From: Candidatus Dormibacteria bacterium
GTDB taxonomy: Bacteria; Chloroflexota; Dormibacteria; Aeolococcales; Aeolococcaceae
Direction of reading: 5' to 3'
Assembly (NCBI GenBank): GCA_049964715.1
Contig: JBMFXB010000005.1
Location: forward strand, 3,708 to 67,707
DNA length: 64,000 nucleotides
Shown: positions 19,744 to 29,194 of the stretch, piece after piece
Position numbering within the stretch: position 1 is the first letter of the stretch
Layout: each line of letters starts with the position of its first letter
Translations under genes and position numbers: made by a program
The notes under the pieces: generated by a model
What the model saw: the letters and a program-made list of their open reading frames with translations, nothing else
Database searches by the model: none
Told to the model about the DNA's origin: nothing

Positions 19744-20433
19744 ATGGGTTCTTCTCGCCTGCCAGTATTACCACCATTACCATTGAAATATGGACGTCCT
19801 ACGGGGCGTGCAATCAATGGTTGCATTGGGCTCAGTAGTCTGATTATTGCAATTGGGACATCAATAGCATATTCAGTTGCAAATTTCACTATCACGGACT
19901 ATATCATCGTCTGGGGTGTAGCTTTATTCACGCTTCCTTGGTACATTTTCAAGCGCCCGCTGAATGAATTCCAGTATCAGGGATATTCGCGATTGGGTAC
20001 TGCTCTGTCTCTTATCACAGCCATCGTATTGGGATGCACACTTGGCATATTTTTTCCACTTCCTGAGAGCGCACCGCTGCCACTGCTTGCGGTTATAGCT
20101 TTGCTCTTTTCACTCGTAGCTATTGTCGTGAGATTGGGATATGCGATTTTCTTCCTCGCACTGAAACACAGGACAAGCAAGTCGAACAAGGAAGCATTGA
20201 ATGAATTGAGAAACAGTAGGCCTCTTCCTCCCCCAACGCCAGGCTATGTAGCTGAAAAAGGTGGAACTGACAAGGATTATATTGATAGCCTCTCTGACGT
20301 TCCAGAAAGTGACCTCCAGACGGAAGAGAAAAAATTTGTAGAAGCATACAGGAGATATTTAAGAAAACTCTCCAAACTTCCGGATGACCTATTGACCAAA
20401 AGTGAAAAAAAGGAAATCAAAACATGGTTATGA
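19744..20433 (+). CDS. hypothetical 4-TM membrane protein with a Lys/Glu-rich C-terminal tail, in an AT-rich island
   Basis: 229-aa ORF in a region of visibly low GC. It has four hydrophobic helices, then a charged tail (KSEKKEIKTWL). Confidence 0.4.
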   Translation: MGSSRLPVLPPLPLKYGRPTGRAINGCIGLSSLIIAIGTSIAYSVANFTITDYIIVWGVALFTLPWYIFKRPLNEFQYQGYSRLGTALSLITAIVLGCTLGIFFPLPESAPLPLLAVIALLFSLVAIVVRLGYAIFFLALKHRTSKSNKEALNELRNSRPLPPPTPGYVAEKGGTDKDYIDSLSDVPESDLQTEEKKFVEAYRRYLRKLSKLPDDLLTKSEKKEIKTWL

Positions 20434-20462
20434 AGATCAGCAGGTCAATGCTTGAAGTTCAT

Positions 20463-20969
20463 CTACTGGGCTAGTGAGTCGCCTGAAGGGGCATGCTTTC
20501 TTGCTGCAAGCGGAAGCGCATGATTCACAACATGAATGCACCGCTTTCCAAGTTCCACTGCTCCAGCTGCTACTACAAGCGGAGTGCTAGCTGCATACCC
20601 GATGGCTGACAGAGCCAGTACACTGCCATAAACAACGCTTGCCCCAGCAATAGCTCCAATGAATGCTGCACATGAAGCAATGACATTGGCTGCTATCGGA
20701 ACCGATCTCCCAAATGATGTCGTCACAGTAAGGGCTTCAGTTTTGATCCATTCACTATTTGTTGAAGCCTTCTTATGCTCATAACGTCTTGAACTGACGT
20801 GATCAATATGATTAAAAATCGCTTCATTTCTTCGTCCAGAGAATTTCAACGCATGTTCAACCATACGTTCAGCAAATTCACCAGCGGGACCACCGTAAAG
20901 TCCAACAATATTTCCAACATGCCTGAATGGAAATGTGAGCGCTTTCGTGAATGAACGATTACTAGTCAT
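20463..20969 (-). CDS. hypothetical membrane protein with a Gly/Ala-zipper C-terminal TM region, in an AT-rich island
   Basis: 168 aa. The C-terminal half is GxxxG/AxxxA-rich (ASCAAFIGAIAGASVVYGSVLALSAIGYAASTPLVVAAGAVELG). Confidence 0.35.
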   Translation of the reverse strand: MTSNRSFTKALTFPFRHVGNIVGLYGGPAGEFAERMVEHALKFSGRRNEAIFNHIDHVSSRRYEHKKASTNSEWIKTEALTVTTSFGRSVPIAANVIASCAAFIGAIAGASVVYGSVLALSAIGYAASTPLVVAAGAVELGKRCIHVVNHALPLAARKHAPSGDSLAQ

Positions 20970-21034
20970 GGTTGCAAAATAACACCCATAAGGGGACAGA
21001 TCAGGGACAATACGCCCCTGTCTGTTGAACGCCA

Positions 21035-22287
21035 GCGATAATGTCGCATTAACTGACCAGGGAAAATGTCGGTTATGGAGTCAATTACGTTGAACGAATA
21101 CCTACAACGCCAAGTGCGTATTCTGAACACTCTTGTGGCAGGAGATATCACGACCAGCCAAGTAGCCATTTCACTGGGCGTGACGGTACGTCACGTCGAA
21201 CGACTCTGTGCTTCGTTTAAGCAATCTGGGCCTCATGTTCTTGTCCATGGAAACCATGAAAAAAAGCCTGTCAATAAAACTTCAGAGGATGAATTGAATT
21301 CCATTCTCGAACTCATGCACAGCACGTACGCAGGATTTAATTTCACCCATGCACGAGAAATGCTCGAAGGACGAGATCATATTTCCGTTTGTCTCACAAC
21401 CCTGCGCAGAATCTGTGCCCAGGCTCAAATTTCCTCACCAAAACATCAACGTCGCCACTCCATCCATCGAAAACGTAGAGATCGGATGCCTCAAGCAGAT
21501 GGTAGCCCCCATGCATGGCTCGAGGATCGTGGCCCTCGCCTCACACTTGTCAATGGTATCGACGACGCCACAGGAAGGTTGTGGGACGACTTCTGGGAAG
21601 GTGAAACCGTTGAAGCCTATATGAATCTATTGTGGTCCGTTGCTCAAGATGTTGGACTGCCGTGGTCAATTTACACTGACAGAACAGCCATCGTCGCTGG
21701 AACTACTCGCAGATATAAACCTCTTCGAAATGAAGAGACCACAGATGCCGTTTCTCAATTTTCTCGGGCATGCAGTGAACTTGACATCCGCGTCATATTG
21801 GCAAACTCACCGCAAGCCAAAGGAAGAACTGAACGTTCCCATGCAACGCTTCAAGACCGTCTCGTCAGCGAACTCAGACTTGAACACATTGACACGATGT
21901 CTCAAGTGAGCAATTACCTCTAAACGGTCTTCCTCCCAAAACACAACACCAAATTCATCTACCCTGCTGAAAATGCCGACCCAGCTTGGAGAACGTGGTC
22001 AAGCCCGTTCAAACCAAACGACATTTTCAGCATGAAAATGGAACGAGTTGTCGGACGAGATAACACCGTTAGGATATTTGGAAACATTATCGACATTCCA
22101 AAAGGACCTCAAGGTCGAACGTATGCCAATTACAAAATTATGGTTCACCGCCGTTTTGACCACACGATTGGTATCTTCTACAACGGTACGTGCATAGCGG
22201 AGGCTACTCGTTGATACTTCCATCCTTTTCCAACCCCACCAAACGACATAATCGCTGGTCAGTTAACCACCGAAATTTTCCCTGGTC
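21035..22287 (+). mobile_element. degenerate ISNCY-family (IS1202-like) insertion sequence
   Basis: The transposase ORF is flanked by shared blocks in inverted orientation. gcgataatgtcg (21035-46) and ttaactgaccagggaaaat (21049-67) match cgacataatcgc (22244-55), tggtcagttaa (22256-66) and attttccctggtc (22275-87). Local GC is low. The transposase reading frame is broken. Confidence 0.5.
21066..22214 (+). pseudogene. ISNCY/IS481-like DDE transposase (HTH + rve integrase core) interrupted by an in-frame TAA at 21921-21923
   Basis: The N-terminal HTH is ITTSQVAISLGVTVRHVERL. The DDE/rve core shows DFWEGETVEAY and SPQAKGRTERSHATLQDRL. Downstream ORF 22032-22214 is in the same frame (both start coordinates are multiples of 3). 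It continues the family-typical C-terminus (FLPKHN…VVGRDNTVRIFGNIIDIP). Only the single TAA separates the two pieces. Confidence 0.7.
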
Positions 22288-22428
22288 GTTGACAACAAAG
22301 TCCTATGCATTTGTCACTGTTAAGGCAAAATGTCCGCATTGTGGGAGGGGACGTTTCCAGCGTAGAGTTTGTTACGAGTTAATGCGTCGGTTGCATGCCA
22401 CGCAGTGTGAGAGAGGGAGTAATGTGCA

Positions 22429-22791
22429 ATGATGGAAATTCGTGTGCAGATTCCTGTTCAGCCACCAGCTGCATTCTGGTCCGAAATGCTTGAGCAATTT
22501 GCTTCACGCCATGCAACTCAGTGGACATGGAATAAGGAGCACAGTTCCATGGTGTACAGAAGACAAAAAGATGGACCTCATATCGAAGTATGGGTACGTA
22601 ATCATGAATCCGGATTTCCACATGTATGCATGAGCCTCAACGGCAATCCTCCTCAGGGTGCAATCCCTGAGGTAGCAGTACGTAAAATGCGAAAGGTTAT
22701 GCAGGAGCATTTGACAGACATAGTCATGGAGTTGATGGAACACGGCATAGATCAGGTACTCAATGCCTTGGAAGAAGGATTAGGACTGTAA
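22429..22791 (+). CDS. hypothetical protein (island cargo)
   Basis: 120-aa ORF with a GAGGGAG RBS. No recognisable domain. Confidence 0.35.
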   Translation: MMEIRVQIPVQPPAAFWSEMLEQFASRHATQWTWNKEHSSMVYRRQKDGPHIEVWVRNHESGFPHVCMSLNGNPPQGAIPEVAVRKMRKVMQEHLTDIVMELMEHGIDQVLNALEEGLGL

Positions 22792-22925
22792 GCAGCATTT
22801 TTACGCTGTATCCAGCAATTCATAATCTCATTCATTCAAGTCATATTTGAACGAGCAGGTACCAACTGTTACTTGTCAGCCGCCCAGCACAATCCAATTC
22901 GACTCGTTTCCTCTATTCATGGCAA

Positions 22926-24413
22926 CTACCTGCGAACTAGCGTTTTCATGAGATGAAGATCATCATCATCGAATACGCGGAAAAGGAGAAGTAACGCAGT
23001 GTACATCACTCCTGCAAGGACAATAACTCCAAGGAGTGGCATGACTGCTCCAACTGGAGGTCTCAGCACCCAAACAACGATCCCCATTATGCTGCCAGCA
23101 AGAAGAAGCTTCCAGCTGAGCATGAAAAGAGGCAGCCGATGAAAAGTTCGGGCAAGAATACTCCATCCAAGCACCATGAGAAAAGCTTCTGTAGTGACAA
23201 CTGCCCAGCTCGCGCCCAGATACCCAAACAATGGTATGAGAACAAGGTCGAGTACAAGGTTCACAACCATTCCCGTTGCAGCAATCCATGCAAAGGTCCG
23301 CTGCTGGTCTACAGCTGTAAATGTGGCAACAAACGTATTGTCCGCAAACATGAACACAATTGCCAACGCAAGAATGCCAAGGGCAGGAGCCGATTGCGGA
23401 TACAAGTGGAGAAGCGAAGTGAGCTGGGGGGCAAGGAGAGCAATGCCAATCGTGCAGGGTAGGCCAGCAAGGACAAGTGACCTGAAGAACTTTTCTGCTG
23501 CAATGCGAGCACGATGTATGTCAGATTTTGCATACACACTCACGACTGGGAACAGGACAGCTCTCAGTGTCATGGGGATAAACAGGAGCGACTCAAATGG
23601 CTTGTATGCGAGCGAGTACCACCCAACTTCACGGTAAGAACGAAAATGCTGAAGTATTGGAACATCCATCTTGAAGTACACATTCGTAATGATGTAGACC
23701 ATGGCAAGAGGAAGTCCTGCACGAAGCCAGGATCGCAGAAGTGGTATATCGAGTGACCAGTGGAGTCTCGCAATCTTCTTTCGGTGAAGCACAATGAGAA
23801 CGTAGCCACAGACTGCAAGGCCAACTGCTCCATAGGCACCAAGATAGTAGGCAGGACCAAAATGCTCGTATGCTCCAAACAGTACGAGGAGCAGGAGAAG
23901 GACTGCTTCTGGAATGATGAGAGCAGCCTCGTATGTCAATTGCTGAGTGGCATAGAACGTATTTCGAAGAATATTCGCATAACTCGTGATGATGACAAGT
24001 GCGAGAGATGTCCAGAAAAGGGATGCGATTGACGCACTCCAGAGTGCTAACCACAGTACTGGAATGACAGCGACTACGAGAATGATCTTCCCGGAAGCGA
24101 GTGCACTGAGAAATTGACCAGCCTTGGCAGGTGCTCGAGCACCCTCACGAACATACAGTGTCGTAAGGCCCAAATCCATCACCACTCCGATGATGGCTCC
24201 ATAGGTCACTGCATTCTGGTACTGCCCATATCCAGCAGCCCCAAGAGCATTGCCCATGACTACCACTGATACAAGTGCAATGAGCCGAGAGACAAGTCGT
24301 GCAGCAAGAATGAGGGCTCCATTCCTCATTGCACGAGCACCCATGCCAGTCACTGACGGAAGATCTGCATGCAGTTCATCGATATCCTCGATGTCAAACT
24401 CACTCTCACTCAT
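22926..24413 (-). CDS. oligosaccharide/polysaccharide flippase family protein (MOP superfamily, Wzx-like)
   Basis: 495 aa with about 14 TM helices and the Polysacc_synt-like organisation. The N-terminal cytoplasmic segment is acidic. Confidence 0.65.
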   Translation of the reverse strand: MSESEFDIEDIDELHADLPSVTGMGARAMRNGALILAARLVSRLIALVSVVVMGNALGAAGYGQYQNAVTYGAIIGVVMDLGLTTLYVREGARAPAKAGQFLSALASGKIILVVAVIPVLWLALWSASIASLFWTSLALVIITSYANILRNTFYATQQLTYEAALIIPEAVLLLLLVLFGAYEHFGPAYYLGAYGAVGLAVCGYVLIVLHRKKIARLHWSLDIPLLRSWLRAGLPLAMVYIITNVYFKMDVPILQHFRSYREVGWYSLAYKPFESLLFIPMTLRAVLFPVVSVYAKSDIHRARIAAEKFFRSLVLAGLPCTIGIALLAPQLTSLLHLYPQSAPALGILALAIVFMFADNTFVATFTAVDQQRTFAWIAATGMVVNLVLDLVLIPLFGYLGASWAVVTTEAFLMVLGWSILARTFHRLPLFMLSWKLLLAGSIMGIVVWVLRPPVGAVMPLLGVIVLAGVMYTALLLLFRVFDDDDLHLMKTLVRR

Positions 24414-24529
24414 GCAGCACTATCCGTGTGTTGTTCGCGCACACCCGATACCTCTTGGCTGACTGCACTGCATACTGGGTGAAGCATTGAACACAACCAG
24501 TATGTTCTCCCGCACATGGGAAGGGCCGA

Positions 24530-25063
24530 TTACTCGTCCTCAGTCGGCTCTGCAGTTACTCCAGCCATCACTTCCTCAGAGCTCTCCTCGTCGAAGGCTA
24601 CTTCAGGAGCAATGTCGGATTCCATCAGGACATCCTCATCCTCTGGTACAACAACTGTTGCATCAGCAATCTGTACAGTTGCACCACCCCGGGGAGTTCG
24701 GAGTTCACGAATTCGTGCACTCTTTCCAATCTTGTCTCGAAGGTAAAAGAGTTTTGCACGACGGACATCACCATGCCGGATGACTTCAATCTTGTCGAGT
24801 CGTGGTGAATGAAGAAGGAATGTACGTTCAACTCCCACTCCGTGTGAAATACGACGAACAGTAAAGCGTGTTGCAGTTCCCTGCTTTCCACGCACAGCTA
24901 TGACCACTCCCTCGAAGACCTGGATTCGTTCACGAGAACCTTCCACAACCTTCACATGGACACGAACAGTATCACCACTGTGCAATACGGGAACCTGCGG
25001 CTTTTCTTGTTCCTTCCGCAGCAGGTCTATGACGTTCACTCTATTCCTCCTCCTGCTTACCAA
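24530..25063 (-). CDS. rplS: 50S ribosomal protein L19 with an acidic C-terminal extension
   Basis: Core L19 sequence ([10 protein letters not shown]…[32 protein letters not shown]…[15 protein letters not shown]…SP.LDKIEV) followed by about 60 extra acidic residues. Confidence 0.9.
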   Translation of the reverse strand: MVSRRRNRVNVIDLLRKEQEKPQVPVLHSGDTVRVHVKVVEGSRERIQVFEGVVIAVRGKQGTATRFTVRRISHGVGVERTFLLHSPRLDKIEVIRHGDVRRAKLFYLRDKIGKSARIRELRTPRGGATVQIADATVVVPEDEDVLMESDIAPEVAFDEESSEEVMAGVTAEPTEDE

Positions 25064-25754
25064 GAGATTTTAGCAGATCTGGCCTAAGGGTACGTGTGCG
25101 AGCCATCTGGTTCTCCTTTTTCCACGCAGCAATGAGGGCATGATTCCCCTCACGAAGCACAGCTGGTACTTCCTTCCCCTCAAACGAGGCAGGCCGTGTA
25201 TACAGCGGAGCTTCCATTCCACCAGCAATTCCCTGTGAAAACGTTTCCACCAGGGACTCCTCATCTCCCAGAACTCCCTGCCGTGTACGAACTATTGCCT
25301 CAATTGCAACCATAGCAGCAAGTTCACCACCACTCAGAATATAATCCCCTATTGACAGTTCCTCACCAATCTCTTCCCGTGCCCTCTCATCCACCCCCTG
25401 GTACCGCCCACAAATGAATGCAATCGAATCTTCTGTTGCCAGCTCCCGCACTATGTCCTGTGTGAGAGTTCTACCTTGTGGCGACAGGAGCATGATGCGG
25501 GGCTTCACTTGTGTTTCCCGGAGATGGCGCACAGCACGGATTAGTGGCTCTGGCTTCAGCACCATGCCTGCACCACCGCCATACGCTGCATCATCTACCT
25601 GTCTGTGCCTGTCCGTGGTGAAATCACGAAGATCCAGCGTTGTCAGGTTCCAGAGTCCTGCTGTCCGTGCACGGCCGATCACGCCAAGATCGAGTGGTCC
25701 TGGGAATGCTTCTGGGAAAATGGTGACGACACTGAACCGTATCGGTTCCATCAC
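25041..25754 (-). CDS. trmD: tRNA (guanine37-N1)-methyltransferase
   Basis: SPOUT-knot TrmD motifs: [26 protein letters not shown] and GDYILSGGE. Confidence 0.9.
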   Translation of the reverse strand: MMEPIRFSVVTIFPEAFPGPLDLGVIGRARTAGLWNLTTLDLRDFTTDRHRQVDDAAYGGGAGMVLKPEPLIRAVRHLRETQVKPRIMLLSPQGRTLTQDIVRELATEDSIAFICGRYQGVDERAREEIGEELSIGDYILSGGELAAMVAIEAIVRTRQGVLGDEESLVETFSQGIAGGMEAPLYTRPASFEGKEVPAVLREGNHALIAAWKKENQMARTRTLRPDLLKSLGKQEEE

Positions 25755-26290
25755 TCCTCTGATCCCTCAGTAATGCTCCACGACGCAACCCGCACAGTCC
25801 GGTGCTCCACATCAACATCGCGAATGCATTCCCGAACCATGGGAATGCGGTACTCAGTGCTCCCTCCAGTGACATAGAGCACATCGTTTCCGACGTATTC
25901 CTCTACATCATGCACTGTTCCCAGTACTGTGCCATCCTCGAGCATTACAGTCATACCCAGAAGGTCATCAACATACCAGGCATCAGGTCCAAGTTCCGCC
26001 CGCTCATTCTCAGGGATGACCAGATACGTTCCACGAAGTTCTTCTGCACCATTCCTGTCTACAACAGCCGCAAAGTGCAGGAGAACATCACCATCGGGAA
26101 GTTCAGTCACCTCGTCGATGACGAAATCCGTCGAACCATGATTCTCAATTTTGTACGACGACCCAATCGCAAAGCGTTCAATGCGGTCCGTAAGTGGCTC
26201 CACACGAAGTGTCCCTGCAATGCCATGGGGCTTTCTTACAAACCCCACGCGAATCCACGTTTCAGTGGTCTCCTTCTTCGGCGAAGTCAT
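25751..26290 (-). CDS. rimM: 16S rRNA processing protein RimM
   Basis: RimM N-terminal motif (WIRVGFVRKPHGIAGTLRVEPLTD) and a PRC-barrel C-terminus. The start is placed at the internal ATG 26290. The ORF track extends to 26371, which would overlap the KH gene by 110 nt. Confidence 0.8.
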   Translation of the reverse strand: MTSPKKETTETWIRVGFVRKPHGIAGTLRVEPLTDRIERFAIGSSYKIENHGSTDFVIDEVTELPDGDVLLHFAAVVDRNGAEELRGTYLVIPENERAELGPDAWYVDDLLGMTVMLEDGTVLGTVHDVEEYVGNDVLYVTGGSTEYRIPMVRECIRDVDVEHRTVRVASWSITEGSEE

Positions 26291-26579
26291 CTTCGTCCCA
26301 CGTTTCTGTCGTCTCCGTTGTGTCTGACCAGGCCCGCTCTGGCTCGTTGAGATCGACATAGACACGATCATGATTTCTCACACCTGCCGCCCGTACAACT
26401 GTACGAAGTGCATCGATCGTATGACCACCCTTGCCAATAACCTTGCCCATGTCATCAGGAGCAACAGATATGCGGAGTGTAGTTCCGCGATCCTTCGTTT
26501 CTCCCGTAATTTCAATTGAATCATGATCCTCTACAAGATGATCAACGATGAAGCGGACAAGGTCTTCGTACTGGTTCAT
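26262..26579 (-). CDS. KH-domain RNA-binding protein (UPF0109/YlqC family)
   Basis: KH GxxG motif (VIGKGGHTIDALR) in the conserved position between rpsP and rimM. It has a short acidic C-terminal extension. Confidence 0.8.
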   Translation of the reverse strand: MNQYEDLVRFIVDHLVEDHDSIEITGETKDRGTTLRISVAPDDMGKVIGKGGHTIDALRTVVRAAGVRNHDRVYVDLNEPERAWSDTTETTETWDEDDFAEEGDH

Positions 26580-26953
26580 TCCTCGGATGCTCCTTGTGCA
26601 GCTTCCTCCGATACCTTCTCCGAAGACGTGGTTTCCTCAGCTGGAACTGCATGTGCTTCCTTGGTGGGAGTACCCTTCTTCTGGGGCTGCTGTGGCCGGG
26701 TTACTGCTTGTGCCTTGAGAACTCCCTCGCGAACGAGTAGCTTTCGAGCAGTCTCACTGGGCTGTGCTCCCCGAACGAGCCACTGCTCAATCTTCTCCCG
26801 TTCAATTCTCACTGTTGCAGGAGTAGATGAGGGATCATAGTGTCCGACCTCCTCCAGAAAGCGTCCATTTCTGGGGCTGCGACCGTCTGTGACGACCAGC
26901 CGATAGATGGGATGCTTCTTCGCACCGACTCGTGCCAAGCGGATCTTTACCAC
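26576..26953 (-). CDS. rpsP: 30S ribosomal protein S16
   Basis: MVKIRLARVGAKKHPIYRLVVTDGRSPRNGRFLEEVGHYDP is the canonical S16 N-terminus. A C-terminal basic/acidic extension follows. Confidence 0.9.
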   Translation of the reverse strand: MVKIRLARVGAKKHPIYRLVVTDGRSPRNGRFLEEVGHYDPSSTPATVRIEREKIEQWLVRGAQPSETARKLLVREGVLKAQAVTRPQQPQKKGTPTKEAHAVPAEETTSSEKVSEEAAQGASEE

Positions 26954-26995
26954 TGTAGTGTTCTCCTCAACCTTCCGTATCTGCTCGATTGTACG

Positions 26996-28384
26996 CTATT
27001 GTCTGGGGCCATTTCCTAGAAGACCCTTCATCTCACTGGAATTCCCCAGCATTTTCATTGCCTTCCGGAGGTTTTTGCCTCCCTTGCCACCCCCTCCAAG
27101 CATTTTAGCAAGTGAGCGAGCTTGTTCGAAGTTCTTGAGAAGCCGGTTCACATCGGATACTGCCGTACCGCTTCCCAAGGCAATGCGTTTCTTGCGTTTT
27201 CCATCAATCGTTTCAGGTCGTGCACGCTCCCGGCGTGTCATCGACAGGACAATTGCTTCCATGTGGGAGAGTTCTGCTTCAGAGGGCAGTGACTGTCCAA
27301 CCTGCTTCAGCATCTTCTGTCCACCAGGAAGCATGCCTAGGATGTTCTCGATGGAGCCAACCTGTCGCATTGAACGCATCTGGTTGAGCCAGTCATCGAA
27401 GGTGAATGTGCCTTCAAGGAGCCGTTTCGAGGCTTCCTCGGCTTCCTTCTGATCCATTGTCTCCTGGGCACGTTCGATGAGGCTCAGTACATCCCCCATG
27501 CCAACGATGCGGGAAGCCATTCGGGATGGATCGAAGACTTCCAGATCCCTGATACGTTCTCCAGTGCCGCAGTACATGATGGGAACGCCAATTGAAGCCT
27601 GCAACGACAGGGCTGCTCCACCACGTGCATCCCCATCAAGCTTTGTCATGATGACCCCATCAATTCCCACAGCGTCCTGGAATCCCTGGCCAACATTCAC
27701 TCCTTCCTGTCCAGTCATTGAATCAATGACAAGGATCTTCTCGTGTACAGGAAGGGCTGCAATGACAGCTTTGAGTTCCCCAAGCATTTCATCATCAATG
27801 TGTAGTCGTCCTGCTGTATCAATGAGGACAACATCACTGTTGTACTGACGTGCGCCTCCGAGCCCACGAGCTGCAACCTGTATTGCATCCTCCCCTGCCT
27901 GGGGAACAATGACAGGAACATCAATCTCCTTTCCGAGACGTGCGAGCTGTTCACCGGCTGCTGGCCGATGCACATCAACACCAACAAGTAGGGGACGATG
28001 TCCTTCTTTCCGTATGAGGCTCGCAAGTTTTGCAGTGGTCGTTGTTTTCCCGCTTCCCTGAAGCCCAACCATCACAATGACAGTAGGAGGTTGCGAAGCA
28101 TACCCGACAGGATGAACATCCCTTCCCAGGAGATCTACAATCTCGTCATTCACGATTTTCACGAGCATTTGGTCTGGAGTGAGAGATGTGAGTATCTCGG
28201 ATCCAATAGCCTTCTCACGAATGTGATCAATGAGCGTACGGGTCACCTTGAGATTTACGTCAGCCTCAAGGAAGGCACGACGGATCTCGCGAAGCCCGGT
28301 TTCGACATCATCCTCGGAAAGCTTTCCCTTCCCCCGCAGTCGAGAAAAGACATCCGAAAGACGGTCTGTCAACGATTCAAACAT
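26996..28384 (-). CDS. ffh: signal recognition particle protein Ffh
   Basis: N domain, SRP54 G-domain (GLQGSGKTTT, DTAGR) and a Met-rich M domain with a Gly/Lys tail. Start taken at MFESLTDRL. Confidence 0.95.
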   Translation of the reverse strand: MFESLTDRLSDVFSRLRGKGKLSEDDVETGLREIRRAFLEADVNLKVTRTLIDHIREKAIGSEILTSLTPDQMLVKIVNDEIVDLLGRDVHPVGYASQPPTVIVMVGLQGSGKTTTTAKLASLIRKEGHRPLLVGVDVHRPAAGEQLARLGKEIDVPVIVPQAGEDAIQVAARGLGGARQYNSDVVLIDTAGRLHIDDEMLGELKAVIAALPVHEKILVIDSMTGQEGVNVGQGFQDAVGIDGVIMTKLDGDARGGAALSLQASIGVPIMYCGTGERIRDLEVFDPSRMASRIVGMGDVLSLIERAQETMDQKEAEEASKRLLEGTFTFDDWLNQMRSMRQVGSIENILGMLPGGQKMLKQVGQSLPSEAELSHMEAIVLSMTRRERARPETIDGKRKKRIALGSGTAVSDVNRLLKNFEQARSLAKMLGGGGKGGKNLRKAMKMLGNSSEMKGLLGNGPRQ

Positions 28385-28536
28385 TGTTCCACCCAATTCC
28401 TGTTCCAGCTTTCTTCACCATGTCATATCACTTTCTGCCAATTCCATGCAGACAGCACAATGCATATGACTTAGGCGGTTGCCAATCCTGAACTCATGCG
28501 GCATGATACTGGTGACCAAACCATTTTACCTTTGCA

Positions 28537-29170
28537 ATGAGCTCTCCCCTCTTCACTCGCCGTTCCAATCGCAAATCCAAGCCAGTTGGTATCCAGCTTG
28601 CCTTTACTGGTGGAGTTTTCTGCATCATTGCCATTGCCATTGCTGTATTCACTTTTCTCAGCAGTAGCTCGTACCAACTCCAGCAACGATTCTTTACAGC
28701 ACCGCCATGTGCACCTGGAGTCATTCATTCTTCCTCATGCATAGCAACTGTTCAGGGAACCATAATGCATGATTATCTTTCCCAGCAATGCACCTCCTCC
28801 CCCCCCCCCGTATACCAACACCTGCACACCATATCTCAATGCGACGTTTGCCATACCACCACATATCTCTGCCTCAACGACAATTGACCTCCAGTTCATT
28901 GGAAACGTTGCCTGGAGTCCTGGGACCCCTGCAGTAGTCCAAATCTGGAACAATACAATCACTGCAGTCCAGGTGAATGGACAAGTACTGCATACAACGT
29001 CATATCCAACAGGCACTGCTAGCGAGCAGGTCCTGTATGAGTTTGCAATTGGCTTCTTCATCCTTGGTGTCCTTGTCATTCTGTACGGTCTCATCAAGGT
29101 ACGATTTGCCAAGCGAGCACAGCTTCCAGACATCAATGACCACAATGGCATTCCCCCTCTTCCATACTGA
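28537..29170 (+). pseudogene. 2-TM membrane protein (paralog A), reading frame broken inside a C11 homopolymer (28799-28809)
   Basis: ORF 28537-28887 (N-terminal TM + domain start) and ORF 28769-29170 (domain + C-terminal TM) are +1-shifted at cccccccccccg. Removing one C gives a continuous protein of about 210 aa, collinear with paralog B. Shared motifs are PYLNATF, SPGTPAV, IWNNTIT and TTSYPTGT. Confidence 0.55.
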
Positions 29171-29194
29171 GCACCACATGAAGCGACTTCCACT

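Noticed and set aside
21024-22294. Target-site duplication for the IS (GTTGAA… left vs GTTGAC… right)
   Set aside because: Only a 5-nt imperfect match. The terminal blocks themselves are permuted, so the element ends cannot be fixed precisely. Not claimed.
22190-22432. 80-aa ORF overlapping the right end of the IS
   Set aside because: It spans the IS terminal-repeat blocks and the downstream intergenic region, has no RBS, and its Cys/His-rich composition looks random. Treated as non-coding.
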